Positions 23,070 to 34,239 of a stretch of 42,207 bases of DNA are shown here, in pieces. Source of the stretch: Octopus bimaculoides. Taxonomy: Eukaryota. The DNA lies in assembly GCF_001194135.2 (NCBI RefSeq), contig NC_069009.1, positions 5,020,533 to 5,062,739 on the forward strand. Direction: 5' to 3'. Under the pieces are notes generated by a model. The model ran no database searches and had not been told where the DNA came from. It was given only the letters and a program-made list of their open reading frames with translations. Made by a program: the position numbers and the translations under genes. Within the stretch, counting starts at the first letter, position 1. Each line of letters starts with the position of its first letter.

Positions 23070-23175
23070 AGGTCCAGCCTTCCAAGTTCTTTTACAGGGC
23101 TTTAAAAAGCTGAAGGACCACTGCAATAAGTGTGTGAATCTGAGGGGAGGGGAATATGTTAAATAAAATCATAAT
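23070..23175 (+). mobile_element. Second fragment of the mariner MITE interior
   Basis: Translates to LQGFKKLKDHCNKCVNLRGGEYVK*, homologous to 21740-21815. Confidence 0.75.
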
Positions 23176-23227
23176 GGATTCACTTTCAATTCTTTCCCAT
23201 TCTTAAGTCTTTTGGTTGTCCCTTTAA

Positions 23228-23604
23228 TCTTTTACTTGTTTCAATCATTTGACTGTGGCCATGCTGGAGTACCACCTTTAGTCGAGCAAATCAACCCCAG
23301 GACTTATTCTTTGTAAGCCTAGTACTTATTCTATCGGTCTCTTTTGTCGAACTGCTAAACACACCAGTTACAGGGACATAAACACACCAGCATCGGTTGT
23401 CAAGCGATGCTGGGGGGACAAACACAGACACACAAACACACACACAGACATACACACACACACACACACACACAAACATGTACACACACATACATAAACA
23501 TATATATATATATATACGACAGGCTTCTTTCAGTTTCTGTCTACCAAATCCACTCACAAGGCTATGGTTGGCTCGAGGCTATAGTAGAAGACTCTTGCCT
23601 AAGG
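23228..23604 (-). mobile_element. SINE family B lacking its head
   Basis: Tail, internal (CA)n and body are present. It abuts the ~348-bp repeat. Confidence 0.9.
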
Positions 23605-24138
23605 GGCAAACACCTCTTAGCCACTGTTGTTCCCAGGTATACTCTGATCCAGAATTCTAACATCTGTTAGGGTCCCAGATATGGGTTAATTTGCAAGTGT
23701 ACCACCCGCTTCAAACCCAGGCTATGTCTGCTCTGATATTTGGAGGTGGCTTGGTCAGTGAATTGCCTGAAATGGTTGACAGCAAGATGAGCTTCCTGGG
23801 TAATATACTTTAAACTGCATCCAGGAGAGGTGGGGGGCTGGATGTGAACTTGTATTCCCACTGAAATTCTGATCATGACTGTCTCAGGTAAAATTTTAAA
23901 CAGCATCCTGTAGTGGGACCTTGATATGGAAGTTCCTCGGTTTTGAGAAGAGTGGAACCACCTCTTAGCTACTATTGTTCCCAAGTCAGTCTGACCATAA
24001 GTAGCAGCCCCCATCAGGGTCCCAGATATGGGTTAACCAGCATGTGCACCACTTACTTCAAACCCAGGCTACATCTGTTCTGATAATCAGAGGTGACTTG
24101 GTTAGGAAATTCTTTGCAATGGTCAGGAATCAACAGTA

Positions 24139-24910
24139 AGGTGCAGGGGTGGTTGTGTGGTAAGTAGCTTGCTTATCAACCACATGGTTCCGGGTTCAGT
24201 CCCACTGTGTGGTACCTTGGGCAAGTGTCTTCTACTATAGCCTCGGGCCGACCAAACTCTTGTGAGTGGATTTGGTAGACGGAAACTGAAAGAAGCCCAT
24301 TGTATATATGTATATATGTATATATATATATATATGTGTGTNNNNNNNNNNNNNNNNNNNNNNNNNNNNNNNNNNNNNNNNNNNNNNNNNNNNNNNNNNN
24401 NNNNNNNNNNNNNNNNNNNNNNNNNNNNNNNNNNNNNNNNNNNNNNNNNNNNNNNNNNNNNNNNNNNNNNNAAAAAAACAGATGAAGACAGGTGGTATAA
24501 ACAACAAATGGATGTATTAGTATAACACTTGGGAATAGAGAAAGTCTTTAACGTTTCGAGCCTACGCTCTTAAACTGAAAGGAACACAGAAAGAAACAAG
24601 GAGAGAAAAAAATATAAATGTAGTGGTCAGCGATCTATCATGGCAAATGCCGGACAGAAGGATCAAACAGAAGAGCTAAGAAAAAGTGGATGTGTGTTTG
24701 TGTGTCTGTGTTTGTCCACCCCAACATCGCTTGACAATCAATGCTGGTGTGTGTATGTCCCCGTAACTTAGCGGTTCGGCAAAAAGAGACCGATAGAATA
24801 AATACTAGGCTTACAAAGAATAAGTCCTGGGGTCGATTTGCTCGACTAAAAGTGGTGTTCCAGCATGGATGCAGCCAAATGACTGAAACAAGTAAAAGAG
24901 TAAAAGAGTA
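24139..24910 (+). mobile_element. SINE family B split by a gap and a nested insertion
   Basis: Head/body at 24139-24341 and tail at ~24690-24910. Confidence 0.8.
24471..24688 (-). mobile_element. Penelope-like terminal fragment with a decayed hammerhead-like motif
   Basis: Minus strand GAGC-gtag-GCTC-GAAACGTT, a hairpin plus GAAAC typical of PLE ends. Confidence 0.5.
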
Positions 24911-25240
24911 AGACGAACTCCTATGGATCACACTATCCCAAAGTGAATATGCATGTGACCAAGGACCAACATGTGAACTTGTATTTCTGACCATGGTCAG
25001 AAATACAAGTTCACTGTCCTAGGTAAAACTTTACATGTGTCCAGTAGTGGGGGCCTTGGTATGGAAGTTCCATGATCTCTGAGGAGCATGGAACCATCTC
25101 TTAGCCACTATTGTTCCCAGGTCTAGTTTGACCCAGAGTAGTAGTGTCTTTCAGGGCTCATAGGGTCCCAGCTACGGGTTAACTAACATGTGCACCACCC
25201 ACTTCAAACCCAGGCTCTGGTTAACTAATCAATATGCAAT

Positions 25241-25316
25241 GTAGGTATAGCTATGCGGTTAAGAAGTTTACTTCAAGCCATGTGGTTCCAGGTTCAGTCC
25301 CACAGTGTGGTGCCAC
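25241..25316 (+). mobile_element. SINE family B, head fragment
   Basis: GTGGTTCCAGGTTCAGTCCCACAGTGTGG. Confidence 0.75.
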
Positions 25317-25639
25317 GTGACCAAGTCATAATCAGTGATTATGACCAAGTGGTCAGCGATTCCTCTCTGACAGTTGACAATCGATAGCAAGATGTGTAGG
25401 CATGTGACCAGGGACCACATGTGAACTTGTATTCAGATTGAAACTCCGAACCCGAACTCTGCATCTCAACAACATATCATAACTACAGCGACAGCATCCA
25501 TGCTATCCAACATGTTTGCTCTTCCAGTGAGGAATTTGGCAAATTTGGATTTTTGCTTCCAGGTTACCCTTAAGTAAATCGAATTCTTAAGCTATTTATT
25601 CAATGACTCCCATAATTTATTCATATTTATTCTGAAGTC

Positions 25640-25870
25640 AGGTGATGGTGGCGGTGGTGATGATGATGATGGTACAGGTGGTGACATTGATGATGATGAT
25701 GATGGTGGTGGTGATGATGATAATGATGATGGTGGTGGTAGTGATGATGATGATGGTGCAGGTGGTGACATTGATGATGATGATGATGGTGATAATGGTG
25801 GTGGTGATGATGATAGTAATGGCAATGATGATGATGGTGATTATGATGATGGTGGTGGTGACGACAGTGA
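25640..25870. repeat. (GAT/GGT)n tract with an 84-bp higher-order duplication
   Basis: GGT[A/G]CAGGTGGTGACATTGATG at 25671 and 25755. Confidence 0.9.
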
Positions 25871-25947
25871 TTTGGATTTGCATTTTGGGGTCCACGACAC
25901 AGAAGCATTATTTTGCCTGCCACGCTCTTCCACAGAAAGAAACAAGG

Positions 25948-25979
<32 letters not shown>

Positions 25980-26533
25980 NNNNNNNNNNNNNNNNNNNNN
26001 NNNNNNNNNNNNNNNNNNNNNNNNNNNNNNNNNNNNNNNNNNNNNNNNNNNNNNNNNNNNNNNNNNNNNNNNNNNNNNNNNNNNNNNNNNNNNNNNNNNN
26101 NNNNNNNNNNNNNNNNNNNNNNNNNNNNNNNNNNNNNNNNNNNNNNNNNNNNNNNNNNNNNNNNNNNNNNNNNNNNNNNNNNNNNNNNNNNNNNNNNNNN
26201 NNNNNNNNNNNNNNNNNNNNNNNNNNNNNNNNNNNNNNNNNNNNNNNNNNNNNNNNNNNNNNNNNNNNNNNNNNNNNNNNNNNNNNNNNNNNNNNNNNNN
26301 NNNNNNNNNNNNNNNNNNNNNNNNNNNNNNNNNNNNNNNNNNNNNNNNNNNNNNNNNNNNNNNNNNNNNNNNNNNNNNNNNNNNNNNNNNNNNNNNNNNN
26401 NNNNNNNNNNNNNNNNNNNNNNNNNNNNNNNNNNNNNNNNNNNNNNNNNNNNNNNNNNNNNNNNNNNNNNNNNNNNNNNNNNNNNNNNNNNNNNNNNNNN
26501 NNNNNNNNNNNNNNNNNNNNNNNNNNNNNNNNN

Positions 26534-26595
<62 letters not shown>

Positions 26596-26620
26596 TACTT
26601 ACACACACACACATATATAC

Positions 26621-26958
26621 AGGTGCAGGAGTAGCTGTGTGGTAAGAAGTTTGCTTCCCAACTACATGGTCCTGGGTTCAGTCCCACTGCATGGCAACTT
26701 GAGCGAGTGTCTTCTATTATAGCCTCGGGCCAACAAAGGCCTTGCAAGTGGATTTGGTAGATGAAAACTGAAAGAAGCCCATCGTATATGTATATATGCG
26801 TGTGTGTGCATGTGTGTGTGTGTATGTGTATGTATGTACGTATGTATTTGTGTGTATGTGTATGTATGTATGTACGTATGTATTTGTGTGTCTGTGTTAG
26901 TCCCCACCACCATCGCTTGACAACTGATGTTGGTGTGTTTATGTCCCTGAGACTTAGT
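26621..26958 (+). mobile_element. SINE family B, tail truncated at the transposase junction
   Basis: Runs from the head to ...GTCCCTGAGACTTAG, then switches abruptly to transposase sequence. Confidence 0.9.
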
Positions 26959-27646
26959 GCTTTGGATTTTCTCAGACAAGAAAAATTTCTGCCATGATCA
27001 GATGGTGAATACACAGAACTGTGTACCGAGAGCAATAAAAATCAAACATCCAGTCAACATCATGGTGTTTGGAATGATCGCTTGTGATGGCGACGTTATG
27101 CCTTCATACATCTTCCCACATGGCCTCACACTTAACACAGAGGCCTACATTAAGGGCCTGCGGGAGGTAGTGCTGCCCTGGCTCAAGAGGGTCGCTGCTG
27201 GAAGAACTTACGTCTGGCAATAGGACTCTGCACCATGCCACACAAGCAGGAGAACCCAGTCAATGGCTGTCAGACAATTTCTGTGACCACATCACCCCTA
27301 ACATCTTGCCAGCTAACTCCCCAGACTGCAACCCTGTTGATTATTATGTGTGGGGCACAGTTGAGCTAGAGACCAACAAAACGCCTTGTAGTACCAAAGA
27401 TGAACCGAAAGCGAGGATTATGGCAGCATTCACCAACATAAACAAGGAGACCATCCAGAAGAGTTGGAGGAGATTCCAAAGTTGTCTGGAAGCTGTAGTT
27501 GAAGCCAATGGCAATTTTATTGAATAAATTTACGCTTTAGTACTTCAAAATATTTTAATGTAATTTTGGTAAATATATCTGCTAAGATGAGACGTCAATG
27601 TTATTTTCATTTTTGTGTAATTTAGATGACAATTTATTCACTGCGC

Positions 27647-27650
<4 letters not shown>
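26959..27650 (+). pseudogene. Tc1/mariner-superfamily DD37D (maT/Bmmar1-type) transposase relic with right TIR
   Basis: WIFSDKK (D at 26975), YVWQ*DSAPCH (TAG 27221-23, D at 27224) and SPDCNPVDYYVWG (D at 27339). D2-D3 spacing is 112 nt, which is 37 codons plus a 1-nt frameshift. The stop is at 27527, and the terminus ...ATTCACTGCGCCCTG is at 27650. Confidence 0.9.
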
Positions 27651-27690
<40 letters not shown>

Positions 27691-28697
27691 CGCATGTATG
27701 TATATCTATATCTATATATATANNNNNNNNNNNNNNNNNNNNNNNNNNNNNNNNNNNNNNNNNNNNNNNNNNNNNNNNNNNNNNNNNNNNNNNNNNNNNN
27801 NNNNNNNNNNNNNNNNNNNNNNNNNNNNNNNNNNNNNNNNNNNNNNNNNNNNNNNNNNNNNNNNNNNNNNNNNNNNNNNNNNNNNNNNNNNNNNNNNNNN
27901 NNNNNNNNNNNNNNNNNNNNNNNNNNNNNNNNNNNNNNNNNNNNNNNNNNNNNNNNNNNNNNNNNNNNNNNNNNNNNNNNNNNNNNNNNNNNNNNNNNNN
28001 NNNNNNNNNNNNNNNNNNNNNNNNNNNNNNNNNNNNNNNNNNNNNNNNNNNNNNNNNNNNNNNNNNNNNNNNNNNNNNNNNNNNNNNNNNNNNNNNNNNN
28101 NNNNNNNNNNNNNNNNNNNNNNNNNNNNNNNNNNNNNNNNNNNNNNNNNNNNNNNNNNNNNNNNNNNNNNNNNNNNNNNNNNNNNNNNNNNNNNNNNNNN
28201 NNNNNNNNNNNNNNNNNNNNNNNNNNNNNNNNNNNNNNNNNNNNNNNNNNNNNNNNNNNNNNNNNNNNNNNNNNNNNNNNNNNNNNNNNNNNNNNNNNNN
28301 NNNNNNNNNNNNNNNNNNNNNNNNNNNNNNNNNNNNNNNNNNNNNNNNNNNNNNNNNNNNNNNNNNNNNNNNNNNNNNNNNNNNNNNNNNNNNNNNNNNN
28401 NNNNNNNNNNNNNNNNNNNNNNNNNNNNNNNNNNNNNNNNNNNNNNNNNNNNNNNNNNNNNNNNNNNNNNNNNNNNNNNNNNNNNNNNNNNNNNNNNNNN
28501 NNNNNNNNNNNNNNNNNNNNNNNNNNNNNNNNNNNNNNNNNNNNNNNNNNNNNNNNNNNNNNNNNNNNNNNNNNNNNNNNNNNNNNNNNNNNNNNNNNNN
28601 NNNNNNNNNNTTCTATGCATGTGTGTGCGTCTGTGTATGTATAAATGTGTGTGTGTGTATGTAAAAGTGTGTTTATATATGAGCTGGTATATACATA

Positions 28698-28740
<43 letters not shown>

Positions 28741-29123
28741 ATCATATATATATATATATATATACAATCATATATATATATATATATATATATATGATTG
28801 TGTATGTAAATGTGCCTATATAGAGAAATGGATGCACACCTAAGTTTATATGTACAAACATTCATGTATATATATATCTGTGCTTGTGTGTGTGTGTGTG
28901 TGTGTGTGTGAGTATATATATATATGTATGTAGGTATCTATGTGAACATGTCTGTTTATATATGCATGTATATTTATCTAGCCATCTATCTATCTATATC
29001 TATCTGTCTACACACACACGCACACACATGTAAGGTGTAATATAAAAACATGGTCTCTCATAATTATATGTCTTCATAAAGATTTTTCATATACATGTTG
29101 CATGTATGTATAAATATATATAT

Positions 29124-29179
<56 letters not shown>

Positions 29180-29420
29180 ATATATATATAAGTAATTATA
29201 TATGTATCTATATTTGTGCGTCTGCATGTATATATATGTGTGGGTATATATATATATATCGATGGCTATGTAGATATACATACATATATATATATATATA
29301 TAAACATACACACATGCACACATTATACATGATATATTTATTTTCATAAACACCATCATTAGTCGTTCCTCTACCACCATTACCAGTATCATCATCATCA
29401 TCACCGCTACCACCACCACC
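27651..29420. repeat. (TG)/(TA)/(CAT) microsatellites around an 888-bp gap
   Basis: Directly visible. Confidence 0.9.
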
Positions 29421-29504
29421 ACACACACCATAACCAGCGCCGTTATGTGACTGTCACTGGTGCCCATTATCCATGCACTCTTTTCCTCGATTGAAATCTG
29501 TGAA

Positions 29505-29635
29505 ATACTAGTTTAAAATTTTGTCCCAAGGCCAGCACTTTCGGGGAGGGGAGGTGTCGATTACACTGACCACCCCCACCAACTCATACTTATTTTAATG
29601 CTCCCTAAAAAGGACGAAAAGTAAAGTACTCAGCA
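29505..29635 (-). mobile_element. SINE family C fragment, diverged
   Basis: AAAATTTTGTCCCAAGGCCAGCACTTTCGGGGAGGGG...GTCGATTACACTGACC. Confidence 0.6.
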
Positions 29636-29654
29636 AAAAACGTATGGCAAGATG

Positions 29655-30085
29655 AAATGCGAATAAAACCAAATTTATTGCTCACATTCAACAGAGATCC
29701 TATCGGTCAAGTTGATGATTGCATGTACCTCAGTTCTGAGATAGCCTCAACAGAAAAGGATGAAAAACCTTGGACAGCCGAAGCATGGTTGGCCCTAAAC
29801 AAACTGGATGCTGTCTGGAAATCTATCCTGTCAGACTACCTTAAGAGGAATTTTTTTCCAGGCAACTATAGAATCAGTCCTTTTATATAGAACGACAGCC
29901 TGGAGGCTTACCGAAAAACTGGAATCCTAGTTAGATGGAACCTACATCCAAATGTTAATAGCAGTCTTAAACACATCTTGGAGAACTCATCCCACCAAGA
30001 AACAGCTGTGAGGAGATGTTCTGTCTGCTTCCATCATTATAAGCGAAGGGCACATCTCCAAGAAGCATCTTCATGGCCTGTTTTT
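29655..30085 (+). pseudogene. RTE-like non-LTR retrotransposon reverse transcriptase, C-terminal/thumb fragment
   Basis: IGQVDDCMYLSSEIASTEKD...AWLALNKLDAVWKS..LKRNFF, a frameshift, then ATIESVLLYRTTAWRLTEKLES*LDGTYIQMLIAVLNTSWRTHPTKKQL*. This matches the IE.V..F.YLGS / ESVLLYG.E.W.L / L.ISW pattern. Confidence 0.85.
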
Positions 30086-30131
30086 CTTTGAGGGAAATGT
30101 GACCGGCGATGTTTATCTTAATATTATTATT

Positions 30132-30467
30132 GTGGATGCGCAATGGCCCAGTGGTTAGGGCAGCGGACTCACAGTCATAGGATTGCAATTTTGATTCCCA
30201 AACCAGGCGTTGTGAGTGTTTATTGAGCGAAAACACCTAAAGCTTCACGAGGCTCTGGCAGGGGATGGTGGCAAACCCTGCTGTACTCTTTCACCACAAC
30301 TTTCTCTCACTCTTACTTCCTGTTTCTGTTGTGCCTGTAATTCAAAGGGTCAGCCTTGTCACACTGTGTCACGCTGAATATCCCTGAGAACTACGTTAAG
30401 GGTACACGTGTCTGTGGAGTGCTCAGCCACTTGCACGTTAATTTCGTAAGCGACGGAGTGTCAACAC
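30132..30467 (+). mobile_element. tRNA-derived SINE (family E) with a deletion before the tail
   Basis: A box TGGCCCAGTGG. It is colinear with 9383-9713 in reverse. Confidence 0.9.
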
Positions 30468-30468
30468 A

Positions 30469-30699
30469 TTATTATTATGCTTGTGCATGCTGATTTGATT
30501 AGCAGGGGTGCTATCTTGAGGTTTGGTGATAACAGGTCTCCTCAAATCTCAAGAATTTTTCTTAGAATTCTTGCAGAATACAGGATGGTACTTCTCTTTT
30601 AGGTAGCATTTTGAGCATTATGTCAAATGCACCGATTACTACAGGAAGAATTGTTGTCTTGATCTTCCTCAATTCTCTGGTTAGATTCTGATATTTCTC
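30469..30699 (-). pseudogene. 3' end of a REL-endonuclease non-LTR retrotransposon (R4/Dong/NeSL-like)
   Basis: EKYQNLTRELRKIKTTILPVVIGAFD resembles the K..KY..L...L......PVVIGALG motif. It is followed on the minus strand by a (TAA)n tail. Confidence 0.7.
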
Positions 30700-30817
30700 A
30701 AATCCACTCAAAAGGCCCAAGCCTACAATAGAAAACACTTGCCCAAAATGCCACACAGTGGGACTGAACCTGGAACCATGTAGTTGAAGAACAAACTTCT
30801 ACCACACTACCATGCCT
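30698..30817 (-). mobile_element. SINE family B, head fragment
   Basis: ACACTTGCCCAAAATGCCACACAGTGGGACTGAACC. Confidence 0.8.
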
Positions 30818-30894
30818 ATTCAATTGAACGGACGAAAGTGCTAATAAAGAGTTATCCAAAATTCTGACTGCCTCCTTCTTTATTTATATATATA

Positions 30895-31113
30895 CTCTTT
30901 TACTTGTTTCAGTCATTTGACTGCATCCATGCTGGAGCACCACTTTTAGTCGAGCAAATCGACCCCAGGACTTATTCTTTGGAAGCCTAGTACTTATTCT
31001 ATTGGTCCCTTTTGCCGAACTACTAAGTTACGGGGATGTAAACACACCACCATCGGTTGTCAAGCGATGTTGGGGCGAACAAACACAGACACACAAACAT
31101 ATACACACACACG

Positions 31114-31152
<39 letters not shown>
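30895..31152 (-). mobile_element. SINE family B tail plus internal microsatellite, running into a gap
   Basis: TTTTACTTGTTTCAGTCATTTGACTG...AAACACAGACACACAAAC. Confidence 0.9.
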
Positions 31153-31162
<10 letters not shown>

Positions 31163-32417
31163 TCACAAACACACACTCACNNNNNNNNNNNNNNNNNNNN
31201 NNNNNNNNNNNNNNNNNNNNNNNNNNNNNNNNNNNNNNNNNNNNNNNNNNNNNNNNNNNNNNNNNNNNNNNNNNNNNNNNNNNNNNNNNNNNNNNNNNNN
31301 NNNNNNNNNNNNNNNNNNNNNNNNNNNNNNNNNNNNNNNNNNNNNNNNNNNNNNNNNNNNNNNNNNNNNNNNNNNNNNNNNNNNNNNNNNNNNNNNNNNN
31401 NNNNNNNNNNNNNNNNNNNNNNNNNNNNNNNNNNNNNNNNNNNNNNNNNNNNNNNNNNNNNNNNNNNNNNNNNNNNNNNNNNNNNNNNNNNNNNNNNNNN
31501 NNNNNNNNNNNNNNNNNNNNNNNNNNNNNNNNNNNNNNNNNNNNNNNNNNNNNNNNNNNNNNNNNNNNNNNNNNNNNNNNNNNNNNNNNNNNNNNNNNNN
31601 NNNNNNNNNNNNNNNNNNNNNNNNNNNNNNNNNNNNNNNNNNNNNNNNNNNNNNNNNNNNNNNNNNNNNNNNNNNNNNNNNNNNNNNNNNNNNNNNNNNN
31701 NNNNNNNNNNNNNNNNNNNNNNNNNNNNNNNNNNNNNNNNNNNNNNNNNNNNNNNNNNNNNNNNNNNNNNNNNNNNNNNNNNNNNNNNNNNNNNNNNNNN
31801 NNNNNNNNNNNNNNNNNNNNNNNNNNNNNNNNNNNNNNNNNNNNNNNNNNNNNNNNNNNNNNNNNNNNNNNNNNNNNNNNNNNNNNNNNNNNNNNNNNNN
31901 NNNNNNNNNNNNNNNNNNNNNNNNNNNNNNNNNNNNNNNNNNNNNNNNNNNNNNNNNNNNNNNNNNNNNNNNNNNNNNNNNNNNNNNNNNNNNNNNNNNN
32001 NNNNNNNNNNNNNNNNNNNNNNNNNNNNNNNNNNNNNNNNNNNNNNNNNNNNNNNNNNNNNNNNNNNNNNNNNNNNNNNNNNNNNNNNNNNNNNNNNNNN
32101 NNNNNNNNNNNNNNNNNNNNNNNNNNNNNNNNNNNNNNNNNNNNNNNNNNNNNNNNNNNNNNNNNNNNNNNNNNNNNCATGATTGATAATAATCAATTTC
32201 CTTCATCAATACTGTATTCCAGTAGTAAATTTGACTATGTTAGCAAACTGTGCAAGCATGGACTAGTAACATTCCACACCGACACAGGTCTGAAAGCATA
32301 ACCGAATCCACCTCGGTCAGCCAGTCTAACTGTCCTTCCCTCAAGAAATTACTATGTGCGCGACAAGTGATACCGCAGAGAATCTGCGTATACTAACAGG
32401 GAGTGAATAATTATTAC

Positions 32418-32461
<44 letters not shown>

Positions 32462-32909
32462 TCACAAACACACACTCACACATACACACACTCAGAAATA
32501 TCTGTAGACATACTTATGTGTTTGCACAAACACACACATATATTTGCATGCATACACACATGTATATATAAATATATACATACAAATTTGTCTGAATGCG
32601 TATTTTATCTTAGTTCAAAGTTACATCTCTGGGATGCTCTGTGATGCATCATCGGTGATAGACTTTGGGTCTTAAGGGGATTTGGGGTTTTAAACATTAG
32701 ACCCCTCACCCAGATGACCCAACCAAGGTCGATGAAATCCAAGCTTGAATCCCAGCAGCAACGAGATGTATTTTAGGTCCCCTTAGTTAAAAGCCATCCG
32801 ATAGTTTTTTCTCTCTCTCTGGGGTTTCATGAAGGACTCTCTGGCTGCCCTTTTCCTACCCCAGTAATTCTAAACCAAGACAAAGCTTTGCAAAGTGATC
32901 GACCCTTGC

Positions 32910-33130
32910 AATGCACACACACACACACACACACGCACACACACACACACACACGTGTGTGTAGGTGTGTGTGCATGTGCTTGTGTGTACATGCACAAAT
33001 ACCCACATAAGCACATACATGTATATGTATATACATATATGTGTGTGGGTGTATATGTTCATATATGAGTTTGTATCTTTATTTATAAATGTATATATAT
33101 ATATATGAGTGTGTGTGTATGTTTGTGTGC

Positions 33131-33172
<42 letters not shown>

Positions 33173-33961
33173 NNNNNNNNNNNNNNNNNNNNNNNNNNNN
33201 NNNNNNNNNNNNNNNNNNNNNNNNNNNNNNNNNNNNNNNNNNNNNNNNNNNNNNNNNNNNNNNNNNNNNNNNNNNNNNNNNNNNNNNNNNNNNNNNNNNN
33301 NNNNNNNNNNNNNNNNNNNNNNNNNNNNNNNNNNNNNNNNNNNNNNNNNNNNNNNNNNNNNNNNNNNNNNNNNNNNNNNNNNNNNNNNNNNNNNNNNNNN
33401 NNNNNNNNNNNNNNNNNNNNNNNNNNNNNNNNNNNNNNNNNNNNNNNNNNNNNNNNNNNNNNNNNNNNNNNNNNNNNNNNNNNNNNNNNNNNNNNNNNNN
33501 NNNNNNNNNNNNNNNNNNNNNNNNNNNNNNNNNNNNNNNNNNNNNNNNNNNNNNNNNNNNNNNNNNNNNNNNNNNNNNNNNNNNNNNNNNNNNNNNNNNN
33601 NNNNNNNNNNNNNNNNNNNNNNNNNNNNNNNNNNNNNNNNNNNNNNNNNNNNNNNNNNNNNNNNNNNNNNNNNNNNNNNNNNNNNNNNNNNNNNNNNNNN
33701 NNNNNNNNNNNNNNNNNNNNNNNNNNNNNNNNNNNNNNNNNNNNNNNNNNNNNNNNNNNNNNNNNNNNNNNNNNNNNNNNNNNNNNNNNNNNNNNNNNNN
33801 NNNNNNNNNNNNNNNNNNNNNNNNNNNNNNNNNNNNNNNNNNNNNNNNNNNNNNNNNNNNNNNNNNNNNNNNNNNNNNNNNNNNNNNNNNNNNNNNNNNN
33901 NNNNNNNNNNNNNNNNNNNNNNNNNNNNNNNNNNNNNNNNNNNNNNNNNNNNNNNNNNNNN

Positions 33962-34009
<48 letters not shown>

Positions 34010-34023
34010 TATATAGATAGAGA

Positions 34024-34079
<56 letters not shown>

Positions 34080-34190
34080 AAAAGAGAGACATATATAGAA
34101 AGCGATAGATTAAAATATATATTTATATATCAATAGATAGATAGATACATACATACATACATACATACAACATACATACATACATACACA
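32910..34190. repeat. (CA)/(TA)/(TG)/(GA)/(TAGA)/(TACA) microsatellites around a gap
   Basis: Directly visible. Confidence 0.9.
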
Positions 34191-34239
34191 CATCACTAAA
34201 TTAAGGTATCTGGTGTGGAAACGCAAGTCACCTGACCAA

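Larger units (their letters stand above)
23605..25450. repeat. ~348-bp tandem repeat (~3.5 units) interrupted by SINE and PLE insertions
   Basis: CA[C/T]CTCTTAG[C]...ATTGTTCCCA at 23611, 23959 and 25095. ATGTGAACTTGTATT at ~23842, 24971 and ~25420. AGGGTCCCAG...GGGTTAA occurs three times. Confidence 0.85.
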
